Source: the human T2T-CHM13v2.0 reference genome, Homo sapiens
Reading direction: 5' to 3' (one strand)
Assembly (NCBI RefSeq): GCF_009914755.1
Contig: NC_060925.1
DNA length: 64,000 nucleotides
The notes under the pieces were generated by a model that had not been told where the DNA came from, searched no databases, and saw only the letters and a list, made by a program, of their open reading frames with translations. The position numbers were made by a program, and so were the translations under genes. Positions 15,001 to 30,000 of the stretch are shown in pieces; the first letter of the stretch is position 1, and every line of letters begins with the position of its first letter.

Positions 15001-16399
15001 GAATGGACCCGAATGGAATCATCATCCAACGGAAGCTAATGGAATCAACATCGAATGAATCGAAAGGAAACACCATCGAATTGAAACGAATGGAATTATC
15101 ATGAAATTGAAATGGATGGACTCATCATCAAATGGATTCGAAAGGAATCATCGAATAAAATTGATTGAAATCATCATCGAATGGAATCGAATGGTATCAT
15201 TGAATGGAATCGAATGGAATCATCATCTGATGGAAATGAATGGAATCGTCATAGAATGGAATCGAATGGATTCATTGAATGGAATCAGATGGAATCATCG
15301 AATGGACTGGAATGGAATCATTGAATGGACTTGAAAGGGATCATTATTGAATGGAATTGAATGGAATCATCGAATGGTCTCGATTGGAATCATTATCAAA
15401 TGGAATCGAATGGAATCACCGAATAGAATCGAATGGAACAATCATCGAATGGACTCAAATGGAATTATCCTCCAATGGAATCGAATGGAATTATCGAATG
15501 CAATCGAATGGAATTATCGAATGCAATCGAATAGAATCAACGAATGGACTCGAATGGAATCATCGAATGGAATGGAATGGAACAGTCAATGAACTCGAAT
15601 GGAATCATCATTGAATGGAATCGAATGGAATCATCGAGTGGAATCTAAAGGAATTATGACCAAATGGAATCGAAAGTAATCATCATCAAATGGAATCAAA
15701 AATAAACATCATCAATTGGTATTGAATGGAATTGTCATCAAATGGAATTCAAAGGAATCATCATCAAATGGAACCGAATGGAATCCTCATTGAATGGAAA
15801 TGAAAGTGGTCATCATCTCATGGAATCGCATGGAATCATCATCAAATGGAATCGAATGGAATCATCATCAAATGGAATCTAATGGAATCATTGAAAAGAA
15901 TTGAATGGAATAGTCATCGAATGAATTGAATGCAATCATCGAATGGTCTCGAATGGAATCATCTTCTAATGGAAAGGAATGGAATCATCGCATAGAATCG
16001 AATGGAATTATCATCGAATGGAATCGAATGATATCAACACCAAACGGAAAATAACGGAATTATCGAATGGAATCGAAGAGAATCTTCGAACGGACCCGAA
16101 TGGAATCATCTAATGGAATGGAATGGAATAATCCATGGACTCGAATGCAATCATCATCGAATGGAATCGAATGGAATCATCGAATGGACTCGAATGGAAT
16201 AATCATTGAACGGAATCGAATGGAATCATCATCGGATGGAAACGAATGGAATCATCATCGAATGGAAATGAAAGGAGTCATCATCTAATGGAATTGCATG
16301 GAATCATCATCAAATGGAATCGAATGGAATCAACATCAAATGGAATCAAATGGAATCATTGAACGGAATTGAATGGAATCGTCATCGAATGAATTGAAT

Positions 16400-19300
16400 G
16401 CAATCATCGAATGGTCTCAAATGGAATCATCTTCAAATGGAATGGAATGGAATCATCGCATAGAATCGAATGGAATTATCATCGAATGGAATCGAATGGA
16501 ATCAACATCAAACGGAAAAAAACGGAATTATCGAATGGAATCGAAGAGAATCATCGAATGGACCCGAATGGAATCATCTAATGGAATGGAATGGAATAAT
16601 CCATGGACTCGAATGCAATCATCATCGAATGGAATCGAATGGAATCATCGAATGGACTCGAATGGAATAATCATTGAACGGAATCGAATGGAATCGTCAT
16701 CGGATGGAAATGAATGGAATCATCATCGAATGGAATCGAATAGAATTATGGAATGAAATCCAGGGTGATCATCATCGAATGGACCCGAATGGAATCATCA
16801 TCCAACGGAAGCTAATGGAATCAACATCGAATGAATCGAATGGAAACACCATCGAATTGAAACGAATGGAATTACCATGAAATTGAAATGGATGGACTCA
16901 TCATCGAATGGATTCGAATGGAATCATCGAATAAAATTGATTGAAATCATCATCGAATGGTATCGAATGGTATCATTGAATGGAATCGAATGGAATCATC
17001 CTCAGATGGAAATGAATGGAATCGTCATAGAATGGAATCGAATGGATTCATTGAATGGAATCAGATGGAATCAACGAATGGACTGGAATGGAATCATTGA
17101 ATGGACTCGAAAGGGATCATTATTGAATGGAATTGAATGGAATCATCGAATGGTCCCGATTGGAATCATTATCAAATGGAATCGAATGGAATCACCGAAT
17201 AGAATCGAATGGAACAATCATCGAATGGACTCAAATGGAATTATCCTCAAATGGAATCGAATGGAATTATCGAATGCAATCGAATGGAATTATCGAATGC
17301 AATCGAATAGAATCATCGAATGGACTCGAATGGAATCATCGAATGGAATGGAATGGAACAGTCAATGAACTCGAATGGAATCATCATTGAATGGAATCGA
17401 ATGGAATCATCGAGTGGAATCGAATGGAATTATGATCAAATGGAATCGAATGTAATCATCATCAAATGGAATCAAAAATAACCATCATCAATTGGTATTG
17501 AATGGAATTCTCATCAAATGGAATTCAAAGGAATCATCATCAAATGGAACTGAATGGAATCCTCATTGAATGGAAATGAAAGGGGTCATCATCTAATGGA
17601 ATCGCATGGAATCATCATCAAATGGAATCGAATGGAATCATCATCAAATGGAATCTGATGGAATCATTGAACAGAATTGAATGGAATCGTCATCGAATGA
17701 ATTGAATGCAATCATCAAATGGTCTCGAATGTAATCACATTCTAATGGAAAGGAATGGAATCATCGCATAGAATCGAATGGAATTAACATTGAATGGACT
17801 CGAATGGAATCTACATCAAACGGAATCAAGCGGAATTATTGAATGGAATCGAAGAGAATCATCGAATGGTCTCGAATGGAATCATCTTCTAATGGAAAGG
17901 AATGGAATCATCTCATAGAATCGAATGGAATTAACATTGAATGGACTCGAATGGAATCAACATCAAATGGAATCAAGCGGAATTATCGAATGAAATCGAA
18001 GAGAATCATCGAATGGACTCGAATGGAATCATCTAATGGAATGGAATGGAATAATCCACGGACTCGAATGCAATCATCATCGTATAGAATCGAATGGAAT
18101 CATCGAAAGGACTCGAATGGAATAACCATTGAACGGAATCGAATGGAATCATCATCGGATGGAAACGAATGGAATCATCATCGAATGGAAATGAAAGGAG
18201 TCATCATCTAATGGAATTGCATGGAATCATCATAAAATGGAATCGAATGGAATCATCATCAAATGGAATCAAATGGAATCATTGAACGGAATTGAATGGA
18301 ATCGTCATCGAATGAATTGAATGCAATCATCAAATGGTCTCGAATGGAATCATCTTCAAATGGAATGGAATGGAATCATCGCATAGAATCGAATGGAATT
18401 ATCATCGAATGGAATCGAATGGTATCAACATCAAACGGAAAAAAACGGAATTATCGAATGGAATCGAAGAGAATCTTCGAACGGACCCGAATGGAATCAT
18501 CTAATGGAATGGAATGGAATAATCCATGGACTCGAATGCAATCATCATCGAATGGAATCGAATGGAATCATTGAATGGACTCGAATGGAATAATCATTGA
18601 ACGGAATCGAATGGAATCATCATCGGATGGAAACGAATGGAATCATCATCGAATGGAATCGAATAGAATTATGGAATGAAATCCAGTGTGATCATCATCG
18701 AATGGACCCGAATGGAATCATCATCCAACGGAAGCTAATGGAATCAACATCGAATGAATCGAAAGGAAACACCATCGAATTGAAACGAATGGAATTATCA
18801 TGAAATTGAAATGGATGGACTCATCATCGAATGGATTCGAATGGAATCATCGAATAAAATTGATTGAAATCATCATCGAATGGAATCGAATGGTATCATT
18901 GAATGGAATCGAATGGAATCATCATCAGATGGAAATGAATGGAATCGTCATAGAATGGAATCGGATGGATTCATTGAATGGAATCAGATGGAATCATCGA
19001 ATGGACTGGAATGGAATCATTGAATGGACTCGAAAGGGATCATTATTGAATGGAATTGAATGGAATCATCGAATGGTCTCGATTGGAATCATTATCAAAT
19101 GGAATCGAATGGAATCACCGAATAGAATCGAATGGAACAATCATCGAATGGACTCAAATGGAATTATCCTCAAATGGAATCGAATGGAATTATCGAATGC
19201 AATCGAATGGAATTATCGAATGCAATCGAATAGAATCATCGAATGGACTCGAATGGAATCATCGAATGGAATGGAATGGAACAGTCAATGAACTCGAATG

Positions 19301-22300
19301 GAATCATCATTGAATGGAATCGAATGGAATCATCGAGTGGAATCGAATGGAATTAAGATCAAATGGAATCGAATGTAATCATCATCAAATGGAATCAAAA
19401 ATAACCATCATCAATTGGTATTGAATGGAATTGTCATCAAATGGAATTCAAAGGAATCATCATCAAATGGAACCGAATGGAATCCTCGTTGAATGGAAAT
19501 GAAAGGGGTCATCATCTAATGGAATCGCATGGAAACATCATAAAATGGAATCGAATGGAATCAACATCAAATGGAATCAAATGGAATCATTGAACGGAAT
19601 TGAATGGAATGGTCATCGAAAGCATTGAATGCAATCATCGAATGGTCTCGAATGGAATCATCTTCAAATGGAATGGAATTGAATCATCGCATAGAATCGA
19701 AAGGAATTATCATCGAATGGAATCGAATGGAATCAACACCAAACGGAAAAAAACGGAATTATCGAATGGAATCGAAGAGAATCATCGAATGGACCCGAAT
19801 GGAATCATCTAATGGAATGGAATGGAATAATCCATGGACTCGAATGCAATCATCATCGAATGGAATCGAATGGAATCATCGAATGTACTCGAATGGAATA
19901 ATCATTGAACGGAATCGAATGGAATCATCATCGGATGGAAACGAATGGAATCATCATCGAATGGAATCGAATAGAATTATGGAATGAAATCCAGTGTGAT
20001 CATCATCGAATGGACCCGAATGGAATCATCATCCAACGGAAGCTAATGGAATCAACATCGAATGAATCAAATGGAAACACCATCGAATTGAAACGAATGG
20101 AATTACCATGAAATTGAAATGGATGGACTCATCATCAAATGGATTCGAATGGAATCATCGAATAAAATTGATTGAAATCATCATCGAATGGAATCGAATG
20201 GTATCATTGAATGGAATCGAATGGAATCATCATCTGATGGAAATGAATGGAATCGTCATAGAATGGAATCGAATGGATTCATTGAATGGAATCAGATGGA
20301 ATCATCGAATGGACTGGAATGGAATCATTGAATGGACTCGAAAGGGATCATTATTGAATGGAATTGAATGGAATCATCGAATGGTCTCGATTGGAATCAT
20401 TATCAAATGGAATCGAATGGAATCACCGAATAGAATCGAATGGAACAATCATCGAATGGACTCAAATGGAATTATCCTCAAATGGAATCGAATGGAATTA
20501 TCGAATGCAATCGAATGGAATTATCGAATGCAATCGAATAGAATCATCGAATGGACTCGAATGGAATCATCGAATGGAATGGAATGGAACAGTCAATGAA
20601 CTCGAATGGAATCATCATTGAATGGAATCGAATGGAATCATCGAGTGGAATCGAATGGAATTATGATCAAATGGAATCGAATGTAATCATCATCAAATGG
20701 AATCAAAAATAACCATCATCAATTGGTATTGAATGGAATTCTCATCAAATGGAATTCAAAGGAATCATCATCAAATGGAACCGAATGGAATCCTCATTGA
20801 ATGGAAATGAAAGGGGTCATCATCTAATGGAATCGCATGGAATCATCATCAAATGGAATCGAATGGAATCATCATCAAATGGAATCTAATGGAATCATTG
20901 AAAAGAATTGAATGGAATCGTCATCGAATGAATTGAATGCAATCATCGAATGGTCTCGAATGGAATCATCTTCTAATGGAAAGGAATGGAATCATCGCAT
21001 AGAATCGAATGGAATTATCATCGAATGGAATCGAATGGTATCAACACCAAACGGAAAAAAACGGAATTATCGAATGGAATCGAAGAGAATCTTCGAACGG
21101 ACCCGAATGGAATCATCTAATGGAATGGAATGGAATAATCCACGGACTCGAATGCAATCATCATCGTATAGAATCGAATGGAATCATCGAAAGGACTCGA
21201 ATGGAATAACCATTGAACGGAATCGAATGGAATCATCATCGGATGGAAACGAATGGAATCATCATCGAATGGAAATGAAAGGAGTCATCATCTAATGGAA
21301 TTGCATGGAATCATCATAAAATGGAATCGAATGGAATCATCATCAAATGGAATCAAATGGAATCATTGAACGGAATTGAATGGAATCGTCATCGAATGAA
21401 TTGAATGCAATCATCGAATGGTCTCGAATGGAATCATCTTCAAATGGAATGGAATGGAATCATCGCATAGAATCGAATGGAATTATCATCGAATGGAATC
21501 GAATGGTATCAACATCAAACGGAAAAAAACGGAATTATCAAATGGAATCGAAGAGAATCTTCGAACGGACCCGAATGGAATCATCTAATGGAATGGAATG
21601 GAATAATCCATGGACTCGAATGCAATCATCATCGAATGGAATCGAATGGAATCATTGAAAGGACTCGAATGGAATAATCATTGAACGGAATCGAATGGAA
21701 TCATCATCGGATGGAAATGAATGGAATCATCATCGAATGGAATCGAATAGAATTATGGAATGAAATCCAGTGTGATCATCATCGAATGGACCCGAATGGA
21801 ATCATCATCCAACGGAAGCTAATGGAATCAACATCGAATGAATCGAAAGGAAACACCATCGAATTGAAACGAATGGAATTATCATGAAATTGAAATGGAT
21901 GGACTCATCATCAAATGGATTCGAAAGGAATCATCGAATAAAATTGATTGAAATCATCATCGAATGGAATCGAATGGTATCATTGAATGGAATCGAATGG
22001 AATCATCATCTGATGGAAATGAATGGAATCGTCATAGAATGGAATCGAATGGATTCATTGAATGGAATCAGATGGAATCATCGAATGGACTGGAATGGAA
22101 TCATTGAATGGACTCGAAAGGGATCATTATTGAATGGAATTGAATGGAATCATCGAATGGTCTCGATTGGAATCATTATCAAATGGAATCGAATGGAATC
22201 ACCGAATAGAATCGAATGGAACAATCATCGAATGGACTCAAATGGAATTATCCTCAAATGGAATCGAATGGAATTATCGAATGCAATCGAATGGAATTAT

Positions 22301-25300
22301 CGAATGCAATCGAATAGAATCATCGAATGGACTCGAATGGAATCATCGAATGGAATGGAATGGAACAGTCAATGAACTCGAATGGAATCATCATTGAATG
22401 GAATCGAATGGAATCATCGAGTGGAATCGAATGGAATTATGATCAAATGGAATCGAATGTAATCATCATCAAATGGAATCAAAAATAACCATCATCAATT
22501 GGTATTGAATGGAATTCTCATCAAATGGAATTCAAAGGAATCATCATCAAATGGAACCGAATGGAATCCTCATTGAATGGAAATGAAAGGGGTCATCATC
22601 TAATGGAATCGCATGGAATCATCATCAAATGGAATCTAATGGAATCATCATCAAATGGAATCTAATGGAATCATTGAAAAGAATTGAATGGAATCATCAT
22701 CGAATGAATTGAATGCAATCATCGAATGGTCTCGAATGGAATCATCTTCTAATGGAAAGGAATGGAATCATCGCATAGAATCGAATGGAATTATCATCGA
22801 ATGGAATCGAATGGTATCAACACCAAACGGAAAAAAACGGAATTATCGAATGGAATCGAAGAGAATCTCCGAACGGACCCGAATGGAATCAACTAATGGA
22901 ATGGAATGGAATAATCCACGGACTCGAATGCAATCATCATCGTATAGAATCGAATGGAATCATCGAAAGGACTCGAATGGAATAACCATTGAACGGAATC
23001 GAATGGAATCATCATCAGATGGAAACGAATGGAATCATCATCGAATGGAAATGAAAGGAGTCATCATCTAATGGAATTGCATGGAATCATCATAAAATGG
23101 AATCGAATGGAATCATCATCAAATGGAATCAAATGGAATCATTGAACGGAATTGAATGGAATCGTCATCGAATGAATTGAATGGAATCATCGAATGGTCT
23201 CGAATGGAATCATCTTCAAATGGAATGGAATGGAATCATCGCATAGAATCGAATGGAATTATCATCGAATGGAATCGAATGGAATCAACATCAAACGGAA
23301 AAAAACGGAATTATCGAATGGAATCGAAGAGAATCATCGAATGGACCCGAATGGAATCATCTAATGGAATGGAATGGAATAATCCATGGACTCGAATGCA
23401 ATCATCATCGAATGGAATCGAATGGAATCATCGAATGGACTCGAATGGAATAATCATTGAACGGAATCGAATGGAATCGTCATCGGATGGAAATGAATGG
23501 AATCATCATCGAATGGAATCGAATAGAATTATGGAATGAAATCCAGGGTGATCATCATCGAATGGACCCGAATGGAATCATCATCCAACGGAAGCTAATG
23601 GAATCAACATCGAATGAATCGAATGGAAACACCATCGAATTGAAACGAATGGAATTACCATGAAATTGAAATGGATGGACTCATCATCGAATGGATTCGA
23701 ATGGAATCATCGAATAAAATTGATTGAAATCATCATCGAATGGTATCGAATGGTATCATTGAATGGAATCGAATGGAATCATCCTCAGATGGAAATGAAT
23801 GGAATCGTCATAGAATGGAATCGAATGGATTCATTGAATGGAATCAGATGGAATCAACGAATGGACTGGAATGGAATCATTGAATGGACTCGAAAGGGAT
23901 CATTATTGAATGGAATTGAATGGAATCATCGAATGGTCCCGATTGGAATCATTATCAAATGGAATCGAATGGAATCACCGAATAGAATCGAATGGAACAA
24001 TCATCGAATGGACTCAAATGGAATTATCCTCAAATGGAATCGAATGGAATTATCGAATGCAATCGAATGGAATTATCGAATGCAATCGAATAGAATCATC
24101 GAATGGACTCGAATGGAATCATCGAATGGAATGCAATGGAACAGTCAATGAACTCGAATGGAATCATCATTGAATGGAATCGAATGGAATCATCGAGTGG
24201 AATCGAATGGAATTATGATCAAATGGAATCGAATGTAATCATCATCAAATGGAATCAAAAATAACCATCATCAATTGGTATTGAATGGAATTGTCATCAA
24301 ATGGAATTCAAAGGAATCATCATCAAATGGAACTGAATGGAATCCTCATTGAATGGAAATGAAAGGGGTCATCATCTAATGGAATCGCATGGAATCATCA
24401 TCAAATGGAATCGAATGGAATCATCATCAAATGGAATCTGATGGAATCATTGAACAGAATTGAATGGAATCGTCATCGAATGAATTGAATGCAATCATCA
24501 AATGGTCTCGAATGTAATCACATTCTAATGGAAAGGAATGGAATCATCGCATAGAATCGAATGGAATTAACATTGAATGGACTCGAATGGAATCTACATC
24601 AAACGGAATCAAGCGGAATTATTGAATGGAATCGAAGAGAATCATCGAATGGTCTCGAATGGAATCATCTTCTAATGGAAAGGAATGGAATCATCTCATA
24701 GAATCGAATGGAATTAACATTGAATGGACTCGAATGGAATCAACATCAAATGGAATCAAGCGGAATTATCGAATGAAATCGAAGAGAATCATCGAATGGA
24801 CTCGAATGGAATCATCTAATGGAATGGAATGGAATAATCCACGGACTCGAATGCAATCATCATCGTATAGAATCGAATGGAATCATCGAAAGGACTCGAA
24901 TGGAATAACCATTGAACGGAATCGAATGGAATCATCATCGGATGGAAACGAATGGAATCATCATCGAATGGAAATGAAAGGAGTCATCATCTAATGGAAT
25001 TGCATGGAATCATCATAAAATGGAATCGAATGGAATCATCATCAAATGGAATCAAATGGAATCATTGAACGGAATTGAATGGAATCGTCATCGAATGAAT
25101 TGAATGCAATCATCAAATGGTCTCGAATGGAATCATCTTCAAATGGAATGGAATGGAATCATCGCATAGAATCGAATGGAATTATCATCGAATGGAATCG
25201 AATGGTATCAACATCAAACGGAAAAAAACGGAATTATCGAATGGAATCGAAGAGAATCTTCGAACGGACCCGAATGGAATCATCTAATGGAATGGAATGG

Positions 25301-27000
25301 AATAATCCATGGACTCGAATGCAATCATCATCGAATGGAATCGAATGGAATCATTGAATGGACTCGAATGGAATAATCATTGAACGGAATCGAATGGAAT
25401 CATCATCGGATGGAAACGAATGGAATCATCATCGAATGGAATCGAATAGAATTATGGAATGAAATCCAGTGTGATCATCATCGAATGGACCCGAATGGAA
25501 TCATCATCCAACGGAAGCTAATGGAATCAACATCGAATGAATCGAAAGGAAACACCATCGAATTGAAACGAATGGAATTATCATGAAATTGAAATGGATG
25601 GACTCATCATCGAATGGATTCGAATGGAATCATCGAATAAAATTGATTGAAATCATCATCGAATGGAATCGAATGGTATCATTGAATGGAATCGAATGGA
25701 ATCATCATCAGATGGAAATGAATGGAATCGTCATAGAATGGAATCGGATGGATTCATTGAATGGAATCAGATGGAATCATCGAATGGACTGGAATGGAAT
25801 CATTGAATGGACTCGAAAGGGATCATTATTGAATGGAATTGAATGGAATCATCGAATGGTCTCGATTGGAATCATTATCAAATGGAATCGAATGGAATCA
25901 CCGAATAGAATCGAATGGAACAATCATCGAATGGACTCAAATGGAATTATCCTCAAATGGAATCGAATGGAATTATCGAATGCAATCGAATGGAATTATC
26001 GAATGCAATCGAATAGAATCATCGAATGGACTCGAATGGAATCATCGAATGGAATGGAATGGAACAGTCAATGAACTCGAATGGAATCATCATTGAATGG
26101 AATCGAATGGAATCATCAAGTGGAATCGAATGGAATTAAGATCAAATGGAATCGAATGTAATCATCATCAAATGGAATCAAAAATAACCATCATCAATTG
26201 GTATTGAATGGAATTGTCATCAAATGGAATTCAAAGGAATCATCATCAAATGGAACCGAATGGAATCCTCGTTGAATGGAAATGAAAGGGGTCATCATCT
26301 AATGGAATCGCATGGAAACATCATAAAATGGAATCGAATGGAATCAACATCAAATGGAATCAAATGGAATCATTGAACGGAATTGAATGGAATGGTCATC
26401 GAAAGCATTGAATGCAATCATCGAATGGTCTCGAATGGAATCATCTTCAAATGGAATGGAATTGAATCATCGCATAGAATCGAAAGGAATTATCATCGAA
26501 TGGAATCGAATGGAATCAACACCAAACGGAAAAAAACGGAATTATCGAATGGAATCGAAGAGAATCATCGAATGGACCCGAATGGAATCATCTAATGGAA
26601 TGGAATGGAATAATCCATGGACTCGAATGCAATCATCATCGAATGGAATGGAATGGAATCATCGAATGTACTCGAATGGAATAATCATTGAACGGAATCG
26701 AATGGAATCATCATCGGATGGAAACGAATGGAATCATCATCGAATGGAATCGAATAGAATTATGGAATGAAATCCAGTGTGATCATCATCGAATGGACCC
26801 GAATGGAATCATCATCCAACGGAAGCTAATGGAATCAACATCGAATGAATCAAATGGAAACACCATCGAATTGAAACGAATGGAATTACCATGAAATTGA
26901 AATGGATGGACTCATCATCAAATGGATTCGAATGGAATCATCGAATAAAATTGATTGAAATCATCATCGAATGGAATCGAATGGTATCATTGAATGGAAT
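16400..27000. repeat. Direct duplication of about 3.8 kb at 6,783-bp offset (about 16.4-20.2 kb versus 23.2-27.0 kb; ends approximate)
   Basis: Shared private variants: CCAGGGTG (anchors 16674/23457), GGAATCAACGAATG (16877/23660), TCGGATGGAT (~18961/25744), AATTAAGATC (~19351/26134), GGTCATCGAAAGCATTG (19604/26387). Confidence 0.88.
17681..18295. repeat. 615-bp variant module (468 + 147-bp internal duplication), representative copy; gives the 1,923-bp units
   Basis: Two copies of GGAATTAACATTGAATGGACTC...GGAATCAAGCGGAATT 147 bp apart. Other copies start near 5450, 13982, 24464, 28163, 33147 and 39575. Confidence 0.88.
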
Positions 27001-30000
27001 CGAATGGAATCATCATCAGATGGAAATGAATGGAATCGTCATAGAATGGAATCGAATGGATTCATTGAATGGAATCAGATGGAATCATTGAATGGACTGG
27101 AATGGAATCATTGAATGGACTCGAAAGGGATCATTATTGAATGGAATTGAATGGAATCATCGAATGGTCTCGATAGGAATCATTATCAAATGGAATCGAA
27201 TGGAATCACCGAATAGAATCGAATGGAACAATCATCGAATGGACTCAAATGGAATTATCCTCTAATGGAATCGAATGGAATTATCGAATGCAATCGAATG
27301 CAATTATCGAATGCAATCGAATAGAATCATCGAATGGACTCGAATGGAATCATCGAATGGAATGGAATGGAACAGTCAATGAACTCGAATGGAATCATCA
27401 TTGAATGGAATCGAATGGAATCATCGAGTGGAATCGAAAGGAATTATGACCAAATGGAATCGAATGTAATCATCATCAAATGGAATCAAAAATAAACATC
27501 ATCAATTGGTATTGAATGGAATTGTCATCAAATGGAATTCAAAGGAATCATCATCAAATGGAACCGAATGGAATCCTCATTGAATGGAAATGAAAGGGGT
27601 CATCATCTAATGGAATCGCATGGAATCATCATCAAATGGAATCGAATGGAATCATCATCAAATGGAATCTAATGGAATCATTGAAAAGAATTGAATGGAA
27701 TAGTCATCGAATGAATTGAATGCAATCATCGAATGGTCTCGAATGGAATCATCTTCTAATGGAAAGGAATGGAATCATCGCATAGAATCGAATGGAATTA
27801 TCATCGAATGGAATCGAATGGTATCAACACCAAACGGAAAAAAACGGAATTATCGAATGGAATCGAAGAGAATCTTCGAACGGACCCGAATGGAATCATC
27901 TAATGGAATGGAATGGAATAATCCATGGACTCGAATGCAATCATCATCGAATGGAATCGAATGGAATCATCGAATGGACTCGAATGGAATAATCATTGAA
28001 CGGAATCGAATGGAATCATCATCGGATGGAAACGAATGGAATCATCATCGAATGGAAGTGAAAGGAGTCATCATCTAATGGAATTGCATGGAATCATCAT
28101 CAAATGGAATCGAATGGAATCAACATCAAATGGAATCAAATGGAATCATTGAACGGAATTGAATGGAATCGTCATCGAATGAATTGAATGCAATCATCAA
28201 ATGGTCTCGAAAGTAATCACATTCTAATGGAAAGGAATGGAATCATCGCATAGAATCGAATGGAATTAACATTGAATGGACTCGAATGGAATCTACATCA
28301 AACGGAATCAAGCGGAATTATCGAATGGAATCGAAGAGAATCATCGAATGGTCTCGAATGGAATCATCTTCTAATGGAAAGGAATGTAATCATCTCATAG
28401 AATCGAATGGAATTAACATTGAATGGACTCGAATGGAATCAACATCAAATGGAATCAAGGGGAATTATCGAATGAAATCGAAGAGAATCATCGAATGGAC
28501 TCGAATGGAATCATCTAATGGAATGGAATGGAATAATCCATGGACTCGAATGCAATCATCATCGTATAGAATCGAATGGAATCATCGAAAGGACTCGAAT
28601 GGAATAACCATTGAACGGAATCGAATGGAATCATCATCGGATGGAAACGAATGGAATCATCATCGAATGGAAATGAAAGGAGTCATCATCTAATGGAATT
28701 GCATGGAATCATCATAAAATGGAATCGAATGGAATCATCATCAAATGGAATCAAATGGAATCATTGAACGGAATTGAATGGAATCGTCATCGAATGAATT
28801 GAATGCAATCATCAAATGGTCTCGAAAGGAATCATCTTCAAATGGAATGGAATGGAATCATCGCATAGAATCGAATGGAATTATCATCGAATGGAATCGA
28901 ATGGTATCAACATCAAACGGAAAAAAACGGAATTATCGAATGGAATCGAAGAGAATCTTCGAACGGACCCGAATGGAATCATCTAATGGAATGGAATGGA
29001 ATAATCCATGGACTTGAATGCAATCATCATCGAATGGAATCGAATGGAATCATCGAATGGACTCGAATGGAATAATCATTGAACGGAATCGAATGGAATC
29101 ATCATCGGATGGAAATGAATGGAATCATCATCGAATGGAATCGAATAGAATTATGGAATGAAATCCAGTGTGATCATCATCGAATGGACCCGAATGGAAT
29201 CATCATCCAACGGAAGCTAATGGAATCAACATCGAATGAATCGAAAGGAAACACCATCGAATTGAAACGAATGGAATTATCATGAAATTGAAATGGATGG
29301 ACTCATCATCGAATGGATTCGAATGGAATCATCGAATAAAATTGATTGAAATCATCATCGAATGGAATCGAATGGTATCATTGAATGGAATCGAATGGAA
29401 TCATCATCAGATGGAAATGAATGGAATCGTCATAGAATGGAATCGAATGGATTCATTGAATGGAATCAGATGGAATCATCGAATGGACTGGAATGGAATC
29501 ATTGAATGGACTCGAAAGGGATCATCATTGAATGGAATTGAATGGAATCATCGAATGGTCTCGATTGGAATCATTATCAAATGGAATCGAATGGAATCAC
29601 CGAATAGAATCGAATGGAACAATCATCGAATGGACTCAAATGGAATTATCCTCAAAAGGAATCGAATGGAATTATCGAATGCAATCGAATAGAATCATCG
29701 AATGGACTCGAATGGAATCATCGAATGGAATGGAATGGAACAGTCAATGAACTCGAATGGAATCATCATTGAATGGAATCGAATGGAATCATCGAGTGGA
29801 ATCGAATGTAATCATCATCAAATGGAATCAAAAATAACCATCATCAAATGGAATCAAAAATAACCATCATCAATTGGTATTGAATGGAATTCTCATAAAA
29901 TGGAATTCAAAGGAATCATCATCAAATGGAACCGAATGGAATCCTCATTGAATGGAAATGAAAGGGGTCATCATGTAATGGAATCGCATGGAATCATCAT

